Of a DNA stretch of 64,000 nucleotides, positions 51,560 through 61,981 are shown in pieces. The stretch comes from Felis catus (lineage: Eukaryota). Position 1 is the stretch's first letter. Each line of letters begins with the position of its first letter. A model generated the notes under the pieces. The model saw nothing but the letters and a program-made list of their open reading frames with translations. It had not been told where the DNA came from and searched no databases. Both the position numbers and the translations under genes were made by a program. The stretch is taken from NCBI RefSeq assembly GCF_018350175.1, contig NC_058368.1:74712001-74776000 (forward strand), given 5' to 3'.

Positions 51560-52849
51560 TGGCCTTATCATTTTCAACATGAGAATCATAATGCCTACCT
51601 CATAGGATCGTTGGGAAGATTTGGAGACAAGAAACTACAAAGCTCCTGAAACTTCTAAAGTTTGAGATTTGTTTCATTCCCAAGACCGCTAATAATAATA
51701 GTTTTCCTGGACAAAATTGCCTAAGCGTGTAACAGCGCCTGCCAGCTCAGAAAAGGTGTGACAAATTTGTTTTCTTCCCTTTTAATTTGGCTGATGATTT
51801 TACACAGAAGTGCAATTACAACTTTATATAATTTCATTGTCTATATTTTAATTATCTAAGTTAAATGGAATGCATTCAAGTTTTAATTCTGTTTGCAGAA
51901 TCAATATTCAATCACAACGTTTATTGCAGGTTTGAATAAGCGTTTGAACAAATGAAAGGAAATGATGTCTACATAACTTGGTAATATTTTAAAGCTTTCA
52001 GAGAATTAATGATATCTAAGGGTATCTCACTGTTTACATCACACTCAATTATATTTAAAGCTAGAACAGGAAGAATAGAATTCTAGTATATTAAACAGAA
52101 GAAAGGGGAAATACTTCCTAAGCCATCAAATATCCACAATTTATTAAAGAAAATATTTAAAACTTTTAAACTTGGCATTCTCCACAAAAGGCTGAGATAT
52201 TTCAACTTTCATATCTGGGAGCTATCAGAAATTAACTCGTCTATTATGACAACTTAAACTAATTAGAGCAGATGGCAAAGTTTTATTTCTTTTTATTTTT
52301 TTCCCTGCCACGACTGAGTAATGACCGAACTTCCGTGCACAACGACAGCGGTGAATTTAATGCGCCCTGAAGATGTTCAGGGATATAAAATAATTACAAA
52401 ACCGGCTCATCATACATTGAAACATAGGTGTGTAAATCATACATTGTGGCGGGCGAAAGGCGAAAGGGCCTCGGCCATAGGGGAAAGCCGAGGTCCAAAG
52501 GAGTTACAGCTCCCTGGGAAAAGAACAGCAGCAGTAGTAGCCAAGTGGTTCAAAATGAACTTGAAAGCACGTCGATGGCAGAGCGGAGTGTTTAAGGGAA
52601 AAAAACAAATGCGCGGTGACGGAGGAGCCCTCGCTGTTTCTATTTGTTTTTCCATCTGCTGAAGCTCCTGTCCTCATACATGTGCACAGCACACAAATCG
52701 AGGGAATCGGAGACGTCACACTCTTCTGGTTTTGAATTCCATATTATGGTCAAGTGTCTCTCTTGGAAGTTCAGTGGGAGGACCGCGAGAAGAAGAGTGA
52801 TGGTTTTCTGGGGTGAGGGGCAAAGGGAGGCTAGGTGCCACAGCCAGTG

Positions 52850-52990
52850 CCTTAGGTTTTTCTCCCTGGGTGGCCAGGACCTGACACATAACTATGGGAT
52901 AGTCTGGACCTTGTGCATGGCAAACTGGCCGTTTCTGAACGTCTGCATTTGTGTTGGCGCACGTCTCAACCGATTCCATACAGTATCCAG
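52850..52990 (-). pseudogene. Candidate fossil EGF-like segment
   Basis: LYGIG*DVRQHKCR..PCT..GPGHPG; no clear splice sites. Confidence 0.2.
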
Positions 52991-53216
52991 TTGAATAGAG
53001 AACGCAGAAATTTCTCCAGAGGGAAAATGACATTTTTAAATGGTTCTCTGGTTTTCGTATTTTAAAAATGGAATTAGGGGATTAAGTTATAGAGGCCATT
53101 TATAAGTTATAAATGCAGTGGGTGTGGCACTGTTCTTTGGCCTAATCGTGCTACCAGGTTTTACATAGAAATAGCTTTGCAGCTTCCATGTAGAAGCTCA
53201 TTTAAATGCCGTTAAC

Positions 53217-53383
53217 AGGGACGCCTGGGGGGCTCAGCTGGGTGAGTGTCCGACTTCAGCTCAGGTCCCCATCTCTCGCGGTTCGTGGGTTCAAGCCCCG
53301 CGTCCGGGTCTGTGCTGAGAGCTCCGAGCCTGGAGCCTGCTTCAGATTCTGTGTCTCCCTCTCTCTGCCTTTCCCCTGCTCAT

Positions 53384-53424
<41 letters not shown>

Positions 53425-53450
53425 AATAAATAAACATTAAAAACTATTTA
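53217..53450 (+). mobile_element. CanSINE
   Basis: TSD tttaaat.cc.ttaaca. Confidence 0.93.
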
Positions 53451-53769
53451 AGAAAACGTTTAAATACCATTAACAATGGTGAGGTTTAGAACCTTAATCA
53501 GGTAAAACACAGATTAATCCAATTGGATTAGTTTAAATCACCTAGATTTTGAATCACTGATTAGTGAAATGATTTTCAAAGTGTTTAAGAGATATTTAAT
53601 AAAACTGAAAGATATTCATGGTTACTTCAACAAAATTAGATAAAATATTTGACCGGATTCCTGATAACTGAATGCAGCCACACAGAGATCTTATCAGAAG
53701 ATACAGAAATAAAGAATACCCAGCTGTTTGAAGAATACACATAGCCCAAAATTTCTAGTGCCATCCGAG

Positions 53770-54100
53770 ACACTGAAAACCTTATATGTAATTTCCAAAT
53801 GTCTTCCTGCAAATTCTGCTCTGTATTTGACTCTTACAGCACATCTCATTTTAGATGCTCAGTTTTTATGGGAAATACTTGGTCTGTATTTAGAATTCAT
53901 TAAATTTACTTTGGAAAAGTAGATTCATCTGCCCCAGTTATTCCAAACGTGTAAAAGTTTTCAAATAACCGAATTGAGCATTAATTTTAAATTTAAATTT
54001 TTATTAGCCTTAAATAAAATTTAAAATTCCGGTGCTCATTTATACTAGCCACATTTCTAATTCTCAGTGGTGTAGCTAACGGTGACTATATTAGACAGAA
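53770..54100 (+). mobile_element. hAT-Charlie relic
   Basis: cttacagcacatctca..actagccacattt..tattagacag. Confidence 0.55.
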
Positions 54101-54865
54101 GACTAATCTAGGTTATCTCTTTCAAACATCTATTTTTAAATCCAGAAGAAGAAAGAGCAAGGAGGTTTCGGCAATATTGAGTTTCTAAAATTAATATTTT
54201 CAAGTCGTTTTTCAGGCTAGAAAAATCAAGATGCACATGAATTTGGACAGTATTAGTTGGTTAAGATCGTATGTGGAGCTTTATCATACAGTCTTCGGTT
54301 GATGGGAGGGGGCTGAAATCAATCTGAAGTTATTCGGATCAATATAGCATGCGCAAAATAAAGTCAAAAGAACATTTTTGTATTAATGCAAAAGTAAATC
54401 TCAGTAAAGTAAGAGAGGAAGCAATTCTAACGTGGAAGTGATATAAAAAGCAAAGCCCAGTGTAGATTTTAGAAATAGGTCAATATAAGCAGAACCCGTG
54501 AGAAATGATCTTATGGGGGATATGTTCACTCCTCCTGCAAGGAGCCTCTACCTTTTGTAGAGAGAAGTCTCTACAAGAATTCTCAGTAGTCTGCGGAGAA
54601 TTTTTTTTTAAGCCATGTTGTTTGACTCACAGTAAGCCTGTCTGTCAGAGATCAAGTGCCATGACACCATTTATGAAAGAAGAAAGGAGAACTAACAGGT
54701 CAGCACTTTGGCAGGTGTATTCTCTGGTCTCAGACTTTGGCGCCTCTGCTTAGGACACAAGGAAAAGTTGGGGGGAAGGTTGCCTCATAGGGCTCTCACA
54801 TTCCTGGGTCAGGCAGACTTACTCCCCATCATACATTAATTGGGTTTTTAAGCTCAGAGTTCTAC

Positions 54866-55185
54866 CCTTCACGCAATCCACCATGGGTAAAGGTGTTGCT
54901 TGGGCCTCTTTGAATTACCCCCTGGGAACGGGAGCTCAGAGAAGTGGAGCAGAAATGCTGATTCTCGGCTCCGGTGATTCCTGTGAGGAACTGACTATGC
55001 TTCAGCTCTGACTCAGGAGTCTTCTGGGTTCTGAGCACTCGTGAAAACGTGGTGCCATCAACTGTTGGCTTCCAATAGGACGAAATCTCCGACTCTTCCT
55101 GACTCTCGATGAAGTGTGCATGGACCATGATTGTCCATGGTTTGCCCAGCGACCCTTTTGTTTTGTGCAAATGCTTTCTTTTGTG
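54866..55185 (-). pseudogene. Fossil Ig-like exon
   Basis: About 320 bp, long open frame GSLGKPWTIMV..SYWKP; alternative frame gives FLLHFSEL. Confidence 0.4.
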
Positions 55186-56329
55186 CTTTATTCAAGGGGA
55201 CACAAAGTTTTATATTCAAAGTGAAACTATGGTAGGTTTAAATTGGAATAATCTGTTTAAAATTAGGTCATAATTTGCACTTTCCATTTGCATGTAAGTT
55301 TTAAATTTGTCAAATAGCGCGAGTTTTAAGTACTTTTTTTTTGTTTAATCATAGTTCAACAATTCCAAATTACAAGGCTACGTACCCCGATAGCATTCAC
55401 TGTGGTGAAATAAGATAGTCTAACCTATATAAATACCCTATTAGAATGAGTTATACCACTATGAGATATCAGGTTTTGGAGAGTAGGTTATTAAGGAAGA
55501 AATGGAATGTCATTTTTGGTCTAAGATTATGCTACACAAAGTGTGACCCACCTCATTTTCTAATCAGATTCTGTAAAGTGTTTATCACCATAAAGTGTCA
55601 ATGAAACTTAATATTTGGAGGAAAATAATGTGTAGTCAGTTGTGAAATATTTTCTTTTATCAATTCATGATGACAGTTCCAAGTTCTAAAATATACTTCC
55701 TTTGTGTACTCAAAATAATTTCTTTTCCACCTTTCAGTCATGGTGGATACGCTTAATATGAATGTAAATAAAAAATGTATAAGTAAAATGCTTTCATTCA
55801 ATGTTAGCTTTATACATTTCATTTTCTTGAGCTGGAGTAGAGGAAAAAAATGTAAAGCATTAACTCATGGGAACATTTTTGCCCACAGTCTTTTCTTTTA
55901 TTTACTCATCTATTAAACAAACACTATTGAGTTCTTACAATAGACACAAATTGGAGCGACTACCCAGCTCTCAGCAATTTCTCCAAAGCCTCTAACAGTG
56001 TTACTTTTTCTTTTCCTCAGTAATGCCTGGTTGTTGCAAAGACACAACGACCCAAATTAGAACTATCATAAATATTCTTCTCCACAACACAGACTCTGAA
56101 AGTGACTGGTGCCACTCAGGTTTCTGCTTTCCCTGAGGCTTACATTGTATGGTTCTTCTTTAAATTATATAAGCCTCCCCAATACTCATCCACTAGAGTC
56201 CATAACCACAGTTTTGCTCACGTGAGAATTTGTTTATGTTGCCTGTCATTAACAAGATAACATTTATGATGTTCTAGGCAATGGGTATGTTAAAAAAATG
56301 AGCAAGAGAGTCATTATGATAAAGGATCA

Positions 56330-56646
56330 TGCGATTCAGTGGAGACAAGGAAATCATCAGTTGCAAAAACATGAGATAATTAATTACGGAGGCAAGAATA
56401 AATCTTGGGTTCCACGGGAGACCTCTGACAAACTTTTAAGCCAGGCCCTATTTAACAGGTTACGAGGGTGCAAGGGGAACTAAATTCTTCTACTTTTCTT
56501 CATTTCTCACATCATTAAGCATGATGAAATTGACCTGGAATGTCGCTCCATTTTAAATTGCATATCTAATCTCTCACCACTCTTGGATGCCTCTAACATC
56601 ACAGAGTTACCCCGAGGGAGCCGACACCCACTTAGGACTTCACGTA
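56330..56646 (-). pseudogene. Candidate fossil Ig-like exon
   Basis: cttctctatag acceptor; VSAP / GNSVMLE .. LKV..PVEPKIYSC. Confidence 0.35.
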
Positions 56647-57060
56647 CTATAGAGAAGTGACTTTCAATTCTGTCAATCCCACCCCTCCCCTTTTAAATAA
56701 ACAACAACAAAAATTAATATCCAGAAAAAGGGAAAAAGGATTACAGATAACATAACTTATCTTTTTAGAAATGTTTAAAACAAAATCGATAAGGCTTTGT
56801 CATATAAAGGAGGAACTAGGCCAAGTAATTTAGAGTACAGTTAACACATATTTTGATGTGAACATGCTCGTGACTGCCCTGGGACATAATAATTAGATGT
56901 TTACAAATCTATGGATAATCAAGGTGAATATGGCTGCTAAAAATACAGAATACAACTCAAATAATATAAACAGCTTTCCACTGATAATGTGACTTTCCAA
57001 GGTGTGCGTGTGCTTAGTAAAAGATCCAAATAAAGCAAAACTTTCCTTCAGTTTACATGA

Positions 57061-57389
57061 TACATTTGAGCCTTGAACAATGTGGGGGTTAAGGGGAGGG
57101 GGGGCAACCCCCTGTGCAGTCGAAATTCCTGTTTAACTGTTGTCTCTCCGGGAACATAACTACTAATAGCCTACCATTGACCGGAAGCCTTGCCCAAAAC
57201 ATAAACAGTTGATTAACGCATGTTTTGTATTTCATACATATTATTTACTTTATTCTTACAGTAAAGTAAACCAGAGGGGGGAAAACAATATTTGGCAAAT
57301 AATAAGGAAGAACAATTACATTGGTAGTACTTAACTGTATTCATTGAAAAAGAAATCCACAAATCCACATTGTTCAAGCGTCACCTGTA
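57061..57389 (+). mobile_element. Tigger2/MER8-like MITE
   Basis: TIRs ta-catttgagccttgaacaa and ttgttcaagcgtcacctg-ta; aactactaatagccta..ttgaccggaagcctt. Confidence 0.8.
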
Positions 57390-57499
57390 GTTATATTCCT
57401 GAAAAGCAAAGTATTTATTAAAATAATTCAAAAAGACTTTGGTTTCTCCGTAAAATAGTGTTAGAGTCTAGGCCCAAATGACTTAACCAGATTTTTAGC

Positions 57500-57720
57500 C
57501 AACAAAAATGTCTACTAGAACTTTAGAAAGACGGGAAGTACACAGGACAATTATATGTGCACAACAGTCACTTGTCTTACAGAATATTTAGTTTCCCTTG
57601 ACTACACCCAGGAAACCACAGCAACCACCAAAATTCTTATGACAAATACAATTATCTCCACGAACTTCCACAGCATTCTGCAGGAAACACTCCCACCTCT
57701 ACTGAGGACCACGGTCACAG
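57500..57720 (-). mobile_element. MER20-like hAT relic
   Basis: Reverse strand gtggtcctca..tggaga..ttgtcataa. Confidence 0.45.
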
Positions 57721-58249
57721 AGTAGACAGTGAGTATATGCTGTGAGCTGTTATACAAACAACATTAGCCCGTACATTAGACCACAGGCAAAATTTCAGCA
57801 AGTTTCCCAAATTTTGTATTATTAAGACCCGTAATTATTGACCACAATTCAACGAAATTGGAAAATAACAGGAAGTAACATTTAGACATTTTAAAAAAGC
57901 ATATTTCTATCCCATTGAGATCGAGAAGAAACAGAAACTTTAAACATAATTTGAATCAAATGACAACACTATGTATATACATAAAGATAGACCAGTACAT
58001 AAAAGGGAGTTATATTAAGTAAATATATAATGTAAAAATTTCTAAATTAACGAAGGAAGTTTTCAGCTCGGGAAGCTAGAACAAAAAAAAAAATAGAGAC
58101 AACAAAAAGTAAACACCAAGATCAAAGAAAGAATAAGAAATACAGAAGTTCAAAAATCCATCACCAGCAAATTTGAATGGATTAATACAATCTAAAAGGT
58201 CGATTGAAAAGTCTACTAAATTAGGAGCTGCAAGAAGTGCAGTATCACA

Positions 58250-58505
58250 TAGAGAGGGACACGGAGAGAAGGTGACCGACCCAACTTTCAAATTATGGGA
58301 ATTCCAGGGGCAGTTCTCGCTGCTTGCGGCAAGATGGGGCCAAATGACGCAGGGACCCAAGAGGGGCTCTGCCCTTTCCTAGTCCAAGGATTCTTCCAGG
58401 CAGCGATGCCAAAGCAGTAGCAAAGGTGACAGACTGGATGTGCAACTGTTGGTTTATCTGTACCCTCTTCCATGAAACCAGTGGAAGAAAAAGTGTATTA
58501 CCACT
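58250..58505 (-). pseudogene. Candidate fossil Ig-like segment
   Basis: GNTLFLPLVSWKR..QLHIQSVT; 3' limit unknown. Confidence 0.25.
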
Positions 58506-58779
58506 CTACATATCCAAAAAATACATATATTCACAGCGTCTGTAAATGACACCTATGACTTGATTTGTTGTCTATGGTTAAAATAAAATAAAAAAATAAA
58601 ATAAAACCTTTTAAATGTGTCCTCACATACCTGCCATCAAGGGGCACGATCTCTAAAGACTATGGGGATTGGGGCCATTTTCCTCGTTATGGTGCCATTT
58701 TCATTGCTATAAGGTGTGAATTGTTGCCAGAGTGCATACGTTTCCACTTTATTTTTACTTTTAGGATTGAGAAATAGCT

Positions 58780-59023
58780 CTTTTATTTTTTTAATTTTTA
58801 TTATCATCGTTATTATTTTTAATTCTCAAGTTATATCACATACAGGGTGATCTTGGTTTCAGGAGTAGAATCCAGTGATCCATCACTGATATGTAACACG
58901 CAGGTGCTCATCCCAACAAGTGCCCTCCTTAATGCCCATCCATCCTTGGCCTCAGCAACTTCTTACTTGACACGGCTCAGAAGGCAAGGGAAATAAAAGC
59001 AGAAATGAACTACTGGGACCTCA
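58780..59023 (-). mobile_element. Short carnivore L1 insertion with 5' inversion
   Basis: T tail plus L1 3' UTR on minus (ggtttcaggagtaga..tgctcatcccaacaagtgccctccttaatgcccatc) joined at about 58945 to plus-strand ORF2-like aaggcaagggaaataaaagcagaaatgaactactgggac. Confidence 0.75.
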
Positions 59024-59069
59024 ATAGTTGCTACCATCTATCGTATCTCATCAAGATACACAGCTTCTA

Positions 59070-59292
59070 GGGGCGCCTGGGTGGCTTGGTCGGTTAAGCA
59101 TCCGACTTCGGGACTTCGGCTCAGGTCATGATCTCATAGTCCGTGAGTTCGAGCCCCGCATCGGGCTCTGTGCTGACCGCTCAGAGCCTGCAGCCTGTTT
59201 CAGATTCTGTGTCTCCCTCTGTCTCTGCCCCTCCCCTGTTCGATAAATATACGTTGAATAAATAAACGTTGAAAAAAAATTAAAAAAAAAAG
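59070..59292 (+). mobile_element. Felid SINE
   Basis: TSD aagatacacag.ttct. Confidence 0.95.
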
Positions 59293-59523
59293 ATACACAG
59301 ATTCTGAACAGCAAACGTTTCCACCTTAGGTAAGCACTCAGCTCGGCTCGGCTAAACTCCCACTGATTCTGCCCCTTCTCCGTGTTGTGGCCTGAAGAAT
59401 ATAAACCATTCCTCAACTTTGTTGAGTTATTTGCTGTTTTGTTTCACTGGATAAGGTATCAGAGATCTGTACACTCTTGTCAGTTTACGGGATTACATCA
59501 CTCATATCTATAAAGTATCCCTT

Positions 59524-59742
59524 GGGGCGCCTGGGTGGCGCAGTCGGTTAAGCATCCGACTTCAGCCAGGTCACGATCTCGCGGTCCGTGAGTTCGAGCC
59601 CCGCGTCAGGCTCTGGGCTGATGGCTCAGAGCCTGGAGCCTGTTTCCGATTCTGTGTCTCCCTCTCTCTCTGCCCCTCCCCCGTTCATGCTCTGTCTCTC
59701 TCTGTTCCAGAAATAAATAAACGTTGAAAAAAAAAAAATTAA
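59524..59742 (+). mobile_element. Young felid SINE
   Basis: TSD taaagtatccct. Confidence 0.97.
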
Positions 59743-61113
59743 AGTATCCCTGCAGTTTTCCCACATTGTGTGATTGTGCAATGACTGAGGGTCTCCTCAC
59801 ATCTAGATTTCTAGTTATGTTGCCAGAAAATACCTTGAGTTTCTGTTTGTGGCTGAAAATACTCTAATTAATAGAATCGTTAAACATAAATAGGAAGAGG
59901 ATTTGGCAAGAGAATAAAATAATACTTTCCAGGTATATGCACATCCAAATAATAGAAAGATCCTAAAAACCCTCTTCCTGAAATGGCTTGGGAATTAGTC
60001 TTTATCCTCAGGGAAGAGATTTTTTTTCCAGCTAAAATTTTAGTGTCTTAAATATTGCCACGGCAAAGTTTTGGTCGGTCAAAATCTGCCATGGGTTTTT
60101 TGTGATTAATACTAAAGGAACAGACCTTCCTTGCCTGATTTAGTGATAAATGCCAATAGGTTTTGTAGATACTTTAAAATACGGAATATTCAAACCAGGA
60201 TAAATCCTCCTGTATCCAGATTGGAAGGAAGGGTGGAGCGGCATGAAAGTAACACTTGCACACGCCCAGCCTAACCCTGCATAATGATGGCGGTGAATAT
60301 AAAATGGAGACATGATTATATATTAGTTATAAGGAATTCAAGTATGTTAGACAAGACAGGCCATTAAAACAATTGATGCTTCCCAGTGGGTTTCAGGCTT
60401 TAAAGCTGCTCTATCAATATTGACATACACACGAGGCAGGAACAGATTTAGATCTTAGGAGATCTGAGACTTCTATCATTTCATATTGTTTGTAATTTGG
60501 AAGGGGCTCTTAGAGAAATGAATAAAAATTATAAATCCAAAATGAGGTGAGAGATCGAATATTTAAATGGAAAAAACAGCTGGCAAGCTCACCAACATAA
60601 CAAAATCTAGAAGGAAAGAAAAGCAGAATATTTTGACTATTTAGTTGTCTGCCTTAGTAGTATGTCTTTAAATTCCTGGTGTGATTAGTGTTTCTGAAGA
60701 ACTATACAAACATATCCTGAAATTAGGGAATACCCAAGAGTAATTGAAACACATTTTAAATCTCCATGTACACTGAGCTACCCCATTTCGTAATCAAATT
60801 ACTCTTATCCAGTATTGATTTATTACTTAATATGTGTAGGTGCTCAGTACTTGTCCCTTCACTCTATTCGCTGAGCTGGTAGCAATTTGGGTGCTGTTTT
60901 GTCTACAACTGCCAGATTTCATTAGGAAAAAATGCATCAGATATGCTCGGCATGATTTGATAGACTGGCATACATAAAACATAAGGCACTCCTGAACTAA
61001 GCACTGGTGCTATGAGATTGTGCCCCCAAAACATGGGGATTCTCATCAATTCCATTCCGAGCAATTACCGTCAAAAAAGGAATAAAATGTATGGTCCTTC
61101 TATAATCATATAT

Positions 61114-61115
<2 letters not shown>

Positions 61116-61152
<37 letters not shown>
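61116..61152. repeat. (TA)n
   Basis: Direct reading. Confidence 0.95.
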
Positions 61153-61154
<2 letters not shown>

Positions 61155-61513
61155 GCACACACACATATGCATACACACACCTGTACACACGCACATTTCT
61201 GTGTATTATTACCAAGAGGAGTTGAATTTCTGTTTTTCTGTTTTAAATATCACTGACAACAATCTTCAGCTCACAATTCTGCATTTCTAGGGGGTGGGAA
61301 GAGTTGTCCTCACATATCCCATCTCCTTTCATGGCTGCTGCACCTCTCACATCAGGGTTGACATGAAGGCTCTGATGTCAAGGCTATGGGACCTGTTTAC
61401 AATATGTCACGAATCATCTGAATCTCTGGACTGGCCAGGTCGGTACAGAAGAAAGTAGATCTTTTCCTGCAAGCCTTCCCTGTACCGTGCGGTGATCAGC
61501 CACAAAATCTTAC

Positions 61514-61627
61514 CGTGGAAGTGATGACAAAGCATAGAATAAACCTGAATTACCAAGCCCAAACGAAGAGTATTGCAAAACCAATGGCCCTCAGTTGAAA
61601 ATGGACGGTAGCCTTTTTAATGGTCGG
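61514..61627 (-). pseudogene. Fossil Ig second-half exon
   Basis: ctgttttag / gtaaga; RPLKRLPSIFN*GPLVLQYSSFGLGNSGLFYA (L.L......DSG.Y.C). Confidence 0.55.
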
Positions 61628-61870
61628 CTAAAACAGAGGGTGGGACGTCGGAGGGAAATCGGGATAGAAAGAGACAGTGATCTCCGCGAATCATCGTTGC
61701 ATGATTTAATTTTCCCAAAGTTTACAAAACCATAAAATCATGTGAACACATGACCGACTTCCTTCCCATGACTTGGAGGAGGCTTATAGTTTGTTGTAAA
61801 TCCACCCCCGCAAAGAAGCTGCCATCCTTACTTAGATTACTCTTTTTCTTATTATTTCTTTAGCTTTTAC

Positions 61871-61981
61871 CTTTACCACTCAATCTCAAATGGAGAATCG
61901 TCACATCTGTTTCAAGGAAAAGCGATTTGCTGGTTTCTGAAGTAGAATCCGCTTAGAACGTGGTTGCCAGCTGCGGATGCC
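61871..61981 (-). pseudogene. Fossil Ig first-half exon
   Basis: cctctag / AAG|gtaaaa; QIAFP*NRCDDSPFEIEW*S joins the 61514 exon in phase 2; stops at the expected Cys and Tyr positions. Confidence 0.5.

Larger units (their letters stand above)
41..61981 (-). pseudogene. Decayed multi-exon receptor-type protein tyrosine phosphatase gene (Ig/EGF?/FN3 ectodomain, TM, PTP D1 and D2); extends beyond the left edge and possibly the right
   Basis: About 30 minus-strand segments with splice sites give collinear Ig, FN3, TM and PTP motifs in the expected order; many in-frame stops and frameshifts. Confidence 0.72.
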
